Source: an uncultured Dehalococcoidia bacterium (GTDB taxonomy: Bacteria > Chloroflexota > Dehalococcoidia > UBA2247 > RBG-13-53-26). Taken from it: 64,000 nucleotides of DNA. The stretch spans positions 104,608 through 168,607 of the forward strand of contig CAYRGJ010000002.1 of assembly GCA_964423835.1 (NCBI GenBank). The letters run 5' to 3'. Shown here in pieces: positions 46,198-55,004 of the stretch. Under the pieces are notes generated by a model. It ran no database searches, was not told where the DNA came from, and was given only the letters and a program-made list of their open reading frames with translations. A program made the translations under genes and the position numbers. Positions within the stretch are counted from its first letter, which is position 1. Each line of letters begins with the position of its first letter.

Positions 46198-49100
46198 TCA
46201 GGCATACACTATATGCAACCTGGGCACAGCGCCGCCTTCATACGGCAGGCTGACAAAGCTGGCTCCTGACGAACCGCCCTCGTCCTCCACAAAGATGAGG
46301 ACAGTCCCGTCGGAGTAGGTGTTGGAGTCGACCAACTCCTGTATTAGGGCGGCCAGGTCGGGAGAGTCGCGATAGGCCCAATCGCCGGATTCGCTGGTCC
46401 AGACGCCGGCGGCGGTAGTCCTGGTCCTGCTCCCGTAGTCGGCCGGGCTGGATGGAGCCATTGGATCACCTGAGTCCTCGGCCCGCACCATGAGGGCGGT
46501 GGCATTGTCCCACCGGGCGTTGACCATCTCCAGGCGTGCTTCCAGGATGACCGCATTCTGGGGCAGAGTGATACCGGTGAAACGGAACCAGGCGCCGTAG
46601 AGCTGGCTGTTGTCGGTTCGGGAAAGCTCATCGAAGTACCCCCACGTCGTGGAGAAGTTGTCGGTACCCTCCTCCAGGCTCACCAGGATTTCGCCGCCAG
46701 TTGCCGGCTCCTCGACGGTGATGGTGACGGCCTCGGAGTCGGTCAGCAGGCCATCGGAGACCTCGAACCGGATGTCGGGGAAGACGCCGGCCGAGCCGGG
46801 CGTCCAGGAGAAGGAACCGGTCAGGTCATCAAACGAGGCCCCGTCGGGCAGGTTGGAGGCGGAGAAGGTGAGGTTGTCGCCGTCGGGGTCGCTGGCCGCA
46901 ACGTCGATGGTCAGAAGCTGGTCGACAACCGCCGTCTGGTCGCCGACCGGGTCCAGCACGGGAGGCTGGTTGGCCGGCACCGGCTCCTCGACGGTGATGG
47001 TGATGGCCTCGGAGTCGATCAGCAGGCCGTCCGAGACCTCGAACTGGATGTCGGGGAAGACGCCGGCGGAACCGGGCGTCCAGGAGAACGAGCGTGTGGC
47101 GGGATCAAAGGCAGCCCCGTCAGGCAGGTTGGACGCGGAGAAGGTGAGGTTGTCGCTGTCGGGGTCAGTGGCCGCAACGTCGAAGGTCAGCAGCTGGTCA
47201 ACAATCGCCGTCTGGTCGCCGATCGGGTCCAGCGCGGGGGGCTGGTTGGGAGGCGGAGGCGCTTCATTGACGGTGATGGTAATGACCTCGGAGTCGGTCA
47301 GCAGGCCGTCGGAGACCTCGAACTGGATGTCGGGGAAGACGCCGGCCGAACCGGGCGTCCAGGAGAAGGAACCGGTCAGGGCATCAAACAAGGCCCCGTC
47401 GGGCAGGTTGGAGGCGGAGAAGGTGAGGTTGTCGCCGTCGAGGTCGCTGGCCGCAACGTCGAAGGTCAGAAGCTGGCCCACGACGGCTGTCCTGTCGCCG
47501 ACCGGTTCCAGCACCGGAGGCTGATCGGCGGGCGCTGGCTCCTCGATGGCGTCCAGCACGGGAGGCTGGCTGGCCGGCGTTCCGCTGCCGCCGTACTTGA
47601 TATACAGCCGGGGAATGGAGCCGCTCTCATATGTGAGCGGCACGAACTCCGCCCCGGACGCACTGCCGTTGTTGTCCAGCAGGATCAGGATGGTCCCGCC
47701 GGAGTAGCTGTACGAGTTGACCAGCTCCTGGATGACCGGCGCCAGGTTCGGTGAGTCGTGGTAGGCCCAGTCGCCGAAACCGCTGGTCCAGGCTACGCCG
47801 GCCGATGTGCGCGCCCTGGAGGTGTGATCGGCGGTGCTGGAAGGCGCAGAGGGGTTGGCCGATTTCTCGGCCCGTATATTGAGGATGGTGCCACTGCCCC
47901 AGCTGGCGTGCGCCATCTCCAGGTGCGCCTCCTCGATTACCGCTCCCGGCGGTATGGTAACGTCCGTGAATCGCAGCCAGGCATTGTAGGGCTGGCCGGC
48001 CTCGGACCAGTTGAGCGTGCTGTAGTATCCCCAGGCGCCGGAGAACCCGTCATCGGCGCCCGATGCCAGGCTGACCAGCAGGTCACCGCCGGAAGAGGGC
48101 TCAAAGACGTTGATGGTGATGGCCTCGGAATCGGTCAGCAGGCCGTCGGAGACCTCGAACACGATGTTGGGATAGACGCCGGTAGCAGCCGGCGTCCAGG
48201 AGAAGGAACCGGTCACGGTATCAAACGAGGCCCCGCCGGGCAGGTTGGATGCGGAGAAGGTCAGGCTATCGCCGTCGGGGTCGCTGGCGGCGACATTGAA
48301 GGACAGCTGCTGGCCGACCAGAACCGTCCTGCCACCGATGGCATCCAGCACCGGAGGGCGGTTGGCGGGCGTTCCGCTGCCGCCGTACTTGATGAACAGC
48401 CTGGGGACGGAGCCGCTCTCAAAGGAGCTGCTGACGAAATCCGCCCCGGCCGCGCTGCCGTTGTTGTCCAGCAGGATCAGCATGGTCCCGCCCGAGTAGC
48501 TGTACGTATCTACCAGCTCCTGGATGACCGGCGCCAGGTTCGGAGAATTGTGGTAGGCCCAGTCGCCGAAACCGCTGGTCCAGGCCACGCCGGCCGAGGT
48601 GCGCGCCCTGGAGTTGTGATCGGCGGTGCTGGAAGGCGCAGAGGGGTTGGCCGATTTCTCGGCCCGTATATTGAGGCTGGTACCACTGCCCCAGCTGGTG
48701 TGCACCATCTCCAGGTGCGCCTCCTCGATTACGGCCCCCGGCGGTATGTTCACGTCCGTGAAGCGCAGCCAGGCATTGTAGGGCTGGCCCGCCTGGGACC
48801 AGACAAGCGTGCTGTAGTATCCCCAGGCGCCGGAGAACCCGTCATCCGCGCCCGATGCCAGGCTGACCAGCAGGTCACCGCCGGAGGAGGGCTCAAAGAC
48901 GCTTACGGTGATGGCCTCGGAATCGGTCAGCAGGCCGTCGGAGACCTGGAATACGATGTTGGGATAGACGCCCGTGGCGGCCGGCGTCCAGGAGAAGGAA
49001 CCGGTCACGGTGTCAAACGAGGCCCCTCCCGGCAGGTTGGATGCGGAGAAGGTCAGGCTATCGCCGTCGGGGTCGCTGGCGGTGACATTGAAGGACAGCT

Positions 49101-52100
49101 GCTGGCCGACCAGAACCGTCCTGTCACCGATGGCATCCAGCACCGGAGCCCGGTTGGCCGGCGTTCCGCTGCCGCCGTACTTGATGAACAACCTGGGGAC
49201 GGAGCCGCTCTCAAAGGAGGTGCTGACAAAATCCGCCCCGGCCGCGCTGCCGTTGTTGTCCAGCAGGATCAGGATGGTCCCCCCGGAATAGCTATACGTA
49301 TTCACCAGCTCCTGGATGACCGGCGCCAGGTCCGGCGAGTTGTGGTAGGCCCAGTCGCCGAAACCGCTGGTCCAGGCAGCAGCCGCGGAGGTGCGCACCC
49401 TGGAGGTGTGGTCCGCAGCGCTGGAAGGCGCCGAGGGGCTGGCCGATTTCTCGGCCCGTATATTGAGGCTGGTGCCACTGCCCCAGCTGGTGTGCACCAT
49501 CTCCAGGTGCGCCTCCTCGATTACGGCCCCCGGCGGTATGTTCACGTCCGTGAAGCGCAGCCAGACATTGTAGGGCTGGCCGGCCTGGGACCAGGCGAGC
49601 GTGCTGTAGTACCCCCAGGCGCCGGAGAACCCGTCATCCGCGCCCGATGCCAGGCTGACCAGCATCTCACCGCCGGCTGAAGGCTCATAGACACTGATGG
49701 TGATGGCCTCGGAATCGGTCAGCAGGCCATCGGAGACCTCGAACCGGATGTCGGGATAGACGCCGGTGGCAGCCGGCGTCCAGGAGAAGGAACCAGTCAC
49801 GTTATCCAGCGAGGCCCCTTCCGGCAGGTTCGACGCCGAGAAGGTCAGGTCGTCACCGTTGGGGTCCGTGGCCGCGATATCGAAGGAGAGCTGCTGGCCG
49901 GCTATCGCCGTCTTGTCGCCGATCGGCTGCAGCACCGGAGGCTGATTCGTGGTCGGGTTTGTGCTATACCTGATGTACAGCTGGGGCGGCGAATTCCCTT
50001 CAAACGTGAAGCCGACATGCTCAGCGCTGCTTGAGCTCCCGTTGTTGTCAACAAGAATCTGGATGGATCCTCCCGAGCTGTAGTCAAAGCTGTTGACCAG
50101 CTCCTGAATGACCGCACTGATATCGGGCGACGCATGCCATCCCGAGTCGGAGTAGCCTGAGGGCCAGTCGACCGCCGTCACAGTCCTCACCCTGGACGCG
50201 TGGTCGCTGGTGCTGGCGGGCGCAGACGGGTCCGCCGCCTTCTCCGCCTGTATCTTCAGATGGGCGCCACTGTCCCACCGGTACTGCTGCAGGTTCAAGT
50301 GCGCTTCCAGCACCACGGAACCCTGGGGTACGGTGACATCATTGAAGCGAAACCAGCCGTTATACCACTGGCCGATCTCGTACCAGGCCTGGTCCCGGTA
50401 GTATCCCCAGGCTCCGGAGAAACCGTCGTCCGCTCCGGCTGCTACGGACAGGGTGAGCTCATACTCCTGCCCCGGCTGGGGACTGACCGAAATGGAGACG
50501 TCCTCCCAGTCGGTCATCATGCCATCGGACACCTCAAAGTGGACCACGTAGACGCCTCTGGTGTCCGGCGTCCAGGAAAATGACCGGGATCCGGCATCGA
50601 AGGAAGCCCCTTCAGGCAGGTTCGAAGCTGAGAACAGGAGGCTGTCACCGTCAGGATCGCTGCCCGAGACGGTGAAGCTGATGGGATTGCCGATCGTTGC
50701 GTCCTGGCTGCCGATGGGATCGAGCACCGGGGCCTGATTGGGGCTGACCGGCTGGAACTCGAATGGGGTGCTGGGCACCTCCGCCAGCGAGCCGGCGGAG
50801 CCCGGCGGATACAGGAAGTAGTTGCCGCCCGATTGCACGATGTCATGATTCGCCGAGCTGAATGACCCCGGCGTCTCCGAGAAGGCCAGCCGAAGCGTGT
50901 CTCCTACTGTGGTCTCATTGACCAGGTAGAGGCTGGTTTTGGCCTGAAGGGCCTCATTCTGGCCGGCATTGTCGATCTCCAGGATCATCTGGTCGGGCAG
51001 CCAGCGGGCATCCAGATAGCCGGACCTCGACTCCAGCACCTGCCCCAGCCCGCCGGTGGTCAGCCAGCGATAGAACGGATAGTGTGTGGCCACGTAGTCA
51101 GCCCAGATCACGTAGGCGTCAAAGACCTGGGCCATGGTGACGTCGGTGTACCCGGATGCGGCCAGCATGTCGCTCTCGTCCGGATGTGTGAAGATAACGT
51201 AGGGCGCCCCGCTTTCCATCATGCACCTCAGCATGGCCCAGCAATGGTAGTACTCGTCCGAATCCGGACGGCTGAAAAGGAAGAAGTCTCCCTGCACCCG
51301 GGGGAGGTTGTACATATCTGTGCCCGGCTCCAGGCCGTAGTCTCTGTAGGTCACGGGGTAGGTGATGTCTTCGGCCGGATACGGGTCACCGTCAGCATCA
51401 CGGGCGTTCTCGCTTTCAGTGGATGAATTGTCCGAGCCCTCCTGGCTGGTGCCCGCTTCCGAGACGGCCAGTGCGGCGGCTGAACCGCCGGAGGCCTCCT
51501 CTTCCTTGAAGTGGACGCCAACGTACCTGACGTCCGTCCTGGCATCAAGCGACTGGTACCCATAGGCGCCGATGCACTCCATGGGGGCCACATACGAGAC
51601 GATCTGAGGGAGCTGCATGCCGTAGCTGCTCTGGAGGCGGTCCCGGAGCTGCTGAGTCGCCGCTATCATGGCATCAACCTCGGCGTCTACCCCCGCTGCG
51701 TCATCCCAGTAGGCCTGGTCCAGCGGGTAGTGCGTTTGGCCGCAGTGCCAGCCGATCTCGTGCCCATCCTTGAGGAACTGGTAGACCCCATTCACGGATT
51801 CCGGATACCACCAGAAGTCGCTGGTGGAGCCTGAATACGAGAAGGCCACAAAGATCGAAGACTTGAGGTTGTACTCTCTGAGCAGCCTGGAGAAGTTCCC
51901 GATGAAGTCATAATGCAGTTGCTGCAATTGCTCCGGGGTGTAGTAGCTCCTGGTGCAATCATCGACTTCCACCACTCCGGCATTGACCGGAGAGCTCAGG
52001 CCGACCGGCATTGAGTAGAGAATGGCCTGCATGAGGATGCCCTGGAGATAGAGGGTGCCCGGCAGGTTGGTGTTGAAGAAAACCGTCTTGCCATTGCCAT

Positions 52101-52722
52101 ACCGGCTTACCCATATGGCGGGATTCCCGTAGGCCGTGTCGTGGGCAACCACGACCGCGCTTTCGGATACGGCATGGTCGAACAGCAGCATGCCGGCATC
52201 GGGTATGGTCTCCCCGGCATAGGCAAAGGTAAACTCGTCTCTCTCTATGAAGATCCCTTCCGAGGTCACATACTGCGTTCCCAGGGTAGTTATGCCGAAC
52301 ATGGCTGCCAGGTGGGTGTTCACGTAATCGGGCTGAAGAGCCACGGCCCCGGCGCCCATGCTGACCACATTGACGATGGCATCGGAGTTTGAGGCGTCAA
52401 GGGCCTCGCCAGGCACGTTGATCAGTATGGTGGAGTACAGCGGGCTGCCGGCATCATCCAGGAATGAGTAGTGCTGGCCGGCGGAGATGTCCAGCGCTTC
52501 CCATGGTATCCGGTTCGTGTCGAGCAGCCGCCGCACGCCCTGAAAAGGCGGGGACTCTGTGTCATACAGGGGATTCGACTCATCGACAATTATGCCGGCC
52601 TTGATGGGTATGCTGATGCCATCAGCTCCTTCTGATGGACGATCTACAAGGAGAGCCGTCGACAGTGCGAGCGTGATCCACAGGATAGCCATCATCATCC
52701 GGAGCCACTTCATCTGACACAT
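46198..52722 (-). CDS. giant secreted protein: signal peptide, ~620-aa polysaccharide-deacetylase-like region, 7 He_PIG/cadherin-like Ig domains, 5 copies of an unclassified ~170-aa module
   Basis: 2174-aa uninterrupted ORF. MKWLRMMMAILWITLALSTALLV signal. VEVDDC ... GWHCGQTHYP in the N-terminal region. Repeats of PVLDxIGD...DPDGDxLTFSASNLPxGAxFD...FSWTP alternate with GADDGFSGAWGYY...LRFTDV.IPPGAVIEEAHLEM... The true start may be ATG at 52713. Confidence 0.9.
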   Translation of the reverse strand: MCQMKWLRMMMAILWITLALSTALLVDRPSEGADGISIPIKAGIIVDESNPLYDTESPPFQGVRRLLDTNRIPWEALDISAGQHYSFLDDAGSPLYSTILINVPGEALDASNSDAIVNVVSMGAGAVALQPDYVNTHLAAMFGITTLGTQYVTSEGIFIERDEFTFAYAGETIPDAGMLLFDHAVSESAVVVAHDTAYGNPAIWVSRYGNGKTVFFNTNLPGTLYLQGILMQAILYSMPVGLSSPVNAGVVEVDDCTRSYYTPEQLQQLHYDFIGNFSRLLREYNLKSSIFVAFSYSGSTSDFWWYPESVNGVYQFLKDGHEIGWHCGQTHYPLDQAYWDDAAGVDAEVDAMIAATQQLRDRLQSSYGMQLPQIVSYVAPMECIGAYGYQSLDARTDVRYVGVHFKEEEASGGSAAALAVSEAGTSQEGSDNSSTESENARDADGDPYPAEDITYPVTYRDYGLEPGTDMYNLPRVQGDFFLFSRPDSDEYYHCWAMLRCMMESGAPYVIFTHPDESDMLAASGYTDVTMAQVFDAYVIWADYVATHYPFYRWLTTGGLGQVLESRSGYLDARWLPDQMILEIDNAGQNEALQAKTSLYLVNETTVGDTLRLAFSETPGSFSSANHDIVQSGGNYFLYPPGSAGSLAEVPSTPFEFQPVSPNQAPVLDPIGSQDATIGNPISFTVSGSDPDGDSLLFSASNLPEGASFDAGSRSFSWTPDTRGVYVVHFEVSDGMMTDWEDVSISVSPQPGQEYELTLSVAAGADDGFSGAWGYYRDQAWYEIGQWYNGWFRFNDVTVPQGSVVLEAHLNLQQYRWDSGAHLKIQAEKAADPSAPASTSDHASRVRTVTAVDWPSGYSDSGWHASPDISAVIQELVNSFDYSSGGSIQILVDNNGSSSSAEHVGFTFEGNSPPQLYIRYSTNPTTNQPPVLQPIGDKTAIAGQQLSFDIAATDPNGDDLTFSASNLPEGASLDNVTGSFSWTPAATGVYPDIRFEVSDGLLTDSEAITISVYEPSAGGEMLVSLASGADDGFSGAWGYYSTLAWSQAGQPYNVWLRFTDVNIPPGAVIEEAHLEMVHTSWGSGTSLNIRAEKSASPSAPSSAADHTSRVRTSAAAAWTSGFGDWAYHNSPDLAPVIQELVNTYSYSGGTILILLDNNGSAAGADFVSTSFESGSVPRLFIKYGGSGTPANRAPVLDAIGDRTVLVGQQLSFNVTASDPDGDSLTFSASNLPGGASFDTVTGSFSWTPAATGVYPNIVFQVSDGLLTDSEAITVSVFEPSSGGDLLVSLASGADDGFSGAWGYYSTLVWSQAGQPYNAWLRFTDVNIPPGAVIEEAHLEMVHTSWGSGTSLNIRAEKSANPSAPSSTADHNSRARTSAGVAWTSGFGDWAYHNSPNLAPVIQELVDTYSYSGGTMLILLDNNGSAAGADFVSSSFESGSVPRLFIKYGGSGTPANRPPVLDAIGGRTVLVGQQLSFNVAASDPDGDSLTFSASNLPGGASFDTVTGSFSWTPAATGVYPNIVFEVSDGLLTDSEAITINVFEPSSGGDLLVSLASGADDGFSGAWGYYSTLNWSEAGQPYNAWLRFTDVTIPPGAVIEEAHLEMAHASWGSGTILNIRAEKSANPSAPSSTADHTSRARTSAGVAWTSGFGDWAYHDSPNLAPVIQELVNSYSYSGGTILILLDNNGSASGAEFVPLTYESGSIPRLYIKYGGSGTPASQPPVLDAIEEPAPADQPPVLEPVGDRTAVVGQLLTFDVAASDLDGDNLTFSASNLPDGALFDALTGSFSWTPGSAGVFPDIQFEVSDGLLTDSEVITITVNEAPPPPNQPPALDPIGDQTAIVDQLLTFDVAATDPDSDNLTFSASNLPDGAAFDPATRSFSWTPGSAGVFPDIQFEVSDGLLIDSEAITITVEEPVPANQPPVLDPVGDQTAVVDQLLTIDVAASDPDGDNLTFSASNLPDGASFDDLTGSFSWTPGSAGVFPDIRFEVSDGLLTDSEAVTITVEEPATGGEILVSLEEGTDNFSTTWGYFDELSRTDNSQLYGAWFRFTGITLPQNAVILEARLEMVNARWDNATALMVRAEDSGDPMAPSSPADYGSRTRTTAAGVWTSESGDWAYRDSPDLAALIQELVDSNTYSDGTVLIFVEDEGGSSGASFVSLPYEGGAVPRLHIVYA
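46693..47571. repeat. three consecutive Ig-like (He_PIG-type) domain repeats of ~276-324 bp
   Basis: Protein repeats NQPPxLDPxGDQTAxVDQLLTxDVAAxDPDxDNLTFSASNLPDGAxFD..FSWTPGSAGVFPDIxFEVSDGLL occur three times. Confidence 0.8.
47572..49947. repeat. 3 x 792-bp near-identical tandem repeat (one Ig-like domain plus one ~170-aa module per unit) inside the giant gene
   Basis: Unit boundaries at 47572, 48364 and 49156 were derived from the protein repeats. Long stretches at a 792-nt offset are almost identical by eye (for example 47749, 48541 and 49333). Confidence 0.9.
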
Positions 52723-53103
52723 CCTTCCTTTGCTGGTGCCGCATCCAGCGCCGCTGCCGGCAAACGAGACCCGCCGGCGGGCCGCATATTCAAACTATGG
52801 ACTGGCATGGGGCAACAGGGGTACTAGTGTGGCACACAGTTCGGCCGGGCAGACTTACGTATTTCCGGCTAGTCACTACCTAGGCCGGGGCGGTCCATCG
52901 CCAATGCCACTGTGACTGATTTGTGAGATACGGGTTGGTACTGGACCTGCAGACCAGCCGGGAGCGGGCTTTGTGAGGGATCTGTGAGGAAAACTAAGTA
53001 TTCTACCAATTGAACTGGACGGGCCTTTTTTGGGACAATTTAGGCTGGTGTGCGTACGTAGTACATATTCCCGGCACGCCGAAATCAAGTGTGGAGGTAA
53101 AGT

Positions 53104-54786
53104 ATGATGAGACGTTTTTGTAACTTTTTTCGGATTGGCCCGGCGCTCCTGGTAATCCTTGTCCTCGCCGTCCTCAGCCCGCTCCTCCTCCCGGCCAGTC
53201 AGTCATTGGCCGCTCCGGTGCCGGTCAAAGGGATGTGCATGTTCTCTTACGGGGGGCACAACTCCGCCTATGATTCGCGTCTCCTGGCCATTGTGCCAGA
53301 GTACTTGATAGACAACACAGCGCACGGGTTCTGGGGAGAGTACACCGGCAGCTATGGCAGCACGTCCCTTCTGCAGAACGTGTCCCGCATGCAGGCGGCC
53401 GGCATGAAGGTCATCGGTTACACCAGCTGCGGCTATGAGGGAAGGGGAAGCGGGGGAGGCCAGCCCCTCTCCATGTTCACCCTGGCTTCCGTGAAGAAGC
53501 AGATCACGAACATGGCCCAGCTTGACGGCGTCAACGGCGTGTTCATTGACGAGGTTGATGCCTACCCCAGCGCCACTCAGAAGCAGTACCTGAAGGAGCT
53601 GTCGACGCTGGCTCACAGCCTGGGCATAGTCATCTGGGGGAATACCGGAGTTAACAGCTTCGACGCCTGGTTCTTTGGCGATGGCGGATTCGACTTCGTG
53701 CACTCCACTGAGCAGTGGACGGGGCAGGCGTTGACCGCGACACAGAAGACCTACGGGTCGAGGATCAGCGTCGCCGGCTTCAAGTCCACCTACGCGGCGG
53801 CTGACGCGGTGAGACTTACGCAGGACGCCTGGAGCAAGGGGATCCGCTTCTGCTACGTGAACAACGCCGAGTATCAGACGATCGCCCCCTGGTTCGAGCA
53901 GTATGCCAACAGCGTGAGAGGCGCGGCCGCTCCACCGGCCCCCGCCCCCGTCAACGGGGCGCCCGTTCTCGGCGCCATCGGCTCGAAGACGGTCACCCAG
54001 GGGCAGCTCCTCCAGTTCCGCCTGACCGCCACCGATCCCGACGGCAACTCGCTGACCTATTCGGCATCGAACCTGCCCGCCGGCGCCACCTTCACCGCCT
54101 CCACGGCCACTTTTTCGTGGCGTCCGGCCTCGGCTGGAACCCACAGCGGGATCACCTTCAGGGTCAGTGATGGAAGCCTGAGCGACTCTGAGACCATGAC
54201 CATAACCGTGGTCCCGGCAGATACGGGGAATCCGGCTCCCACTCCCACTCCCACCACCGGCACCACGTTCGAGATAACCGCCAGGGTCACCACCGGCGCC
54301 GATGACGGCTTTGCCGGGAGTTGGGGCTTCTACAGGAGCCTCAGCTGGTATGAGACCGGCAATCCCGGCCAGCCGTACGGCTCCTGGTATCGCTTCGCCG
54401 GCGTCAAAATCCCTGCCGGCGCCAAGATCGTGCAGGCCCATCTGGTGACCACCCAATCGAAGTGGACCAGCGGCACCCACCTCAAGATACGCGCCGAGAG
54501 GTCGGCGTCTCCGCTGGCGCCGACCAGCACTGCCGGTCTGGCCTCGAAGACCAGGACCCTGGCCGGAGCAGACTGGGACTCGGGGTACAGCGATCGACGG
54601 GCGCATCAGTCTCCGGATATCACTGCCGTCATCCAGGAGCTGGTGGGCAGTTACAGCTACTCGAGCGGCGGGACCATCCAGATACTGGTCGATAACGATG
54701 GCAGCGTTTCTGGCAGCGAGCATGTTGGAGCCACCTTCGAAGGCAGTTCAGCCCCTGTGCTCTACATTAAGTACCAGCTGCCCTGA
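53104..54786 (+). CDS. secreted Spherulin-4/GH135-GH114-like TIM-barrel domain, one Ig-like domain and one copy of the ~170-aa module
   Basis: Signal peptide FRIGPALLVILVLAVLSPLLLPASQSLA. VIGYTSCGYEG, VNGVFIDEVDAYP, VIWGNTGV, FDFVHSTEQW. Then APVLGAIGSKTV..DPDGNSLTYSASNLPAGATF, then GADDGFAGSWGFY..YRFAGVKIPAGAKIVQAHL. Confidence 0.8.
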   Translation: MMRRFCNFFRIGPALLVILVLAVLSPLLLPASQSLAAPVPVKGMCMFSYGGHNSAYDSRLLAIVPEYLIDNTAHGFWGEYTGSYGSTSLLQNVSRMQAAGMKVIGYTSCGYEGRGSGGGQPLSMFTLASVKKQITNMAQLDGVNGVFIDEVDAYPSATQKQYLKELSTLAHSLGIVIWGNTGVNSFDAWFFGDGGFDFVHSTEQWTGQALTATQKTYGSRISVAGFKSTYAAADAVRLTQDAWSKGIRFCYVNNAEYQTIAPWFEQYANSVRGAAAPPAPAPVNGAPVLGAIGSKTVTQGQLLQFRLTATDPDGNSLTYSASNLPAGATFTASTATFSWRPASAGTHSGITFRVSDGSLSDSETMTITVVPADTGNPAPTPTPTTGTTFEITARVTTGADDGFAGSWGFYRSLSWYETGNPGQPYGSWYRFAGVKIPAGAKIVQAHLVTTQSKWTSGTHLKIRAERSASPLAPTSTAGLASKTRTLAGADWDSGYSDRRAHQSPDITAVIQELVGSYSYSSGGTIQILVDNDGSVSGSEHVGATFEGSSAPVLYIKYQLP

Positions 54787-54813
54787 GACCCGCGCCAAAG
54801 CCCACTTAAAGGA

Positions 54814-54850
54814 AGAGGAGATCCCCCCGGGGATCTCCTTTCCTGTTTCT
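54814..54850 (+). terminator. intrinsic terminator
   Basis: GGAGATCC(54817-24)-cccc gg-GGATCTCC(54831-38), extended by A-U/G-U pairs and followed by TTTCCTGTTTCT. Confidence 0.6.
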
Positions 54851-55004
54851 CCGCCGGGGCGGGCGCCAATAGGTACTACCAGGTGGCCCGGATACGTGTA
54901 TATTTCGCCGAATAGGTAATCGGGCAGTCCACTTTTCGTAGCCACCCGAATTCCACCGGCCACCTCGCTCAAATAGACTCAAATAGAATTGGGCGAGGTG
55001 GAGC

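Noticed and set aside
47758-49680. Very long antisense ORFs opposite real genes. Examples: 47758-49680 (+), 19530-21944 (+), 14973-16568 (-), 53203-54723 (-), 58048-60024 (+), 9246-10553 (+), 11803-13068 (+).
   Set aside because: They have Arg/Gly/Pro/His-rich low-complexity translations typical of GC-rich shadow frames, and no RBS. Each lies opposite an ORF with clear family motifs.
54787-55004. Possible glmS ribozyme upstream of glmS.
   Set aside because: I could not find the conserved core elements I recall (AGCGCCAGAACUGGCAGGCGCC..., GACGAGG). The region is explained by a terminator hairpin plus a short promoter/RBS region.
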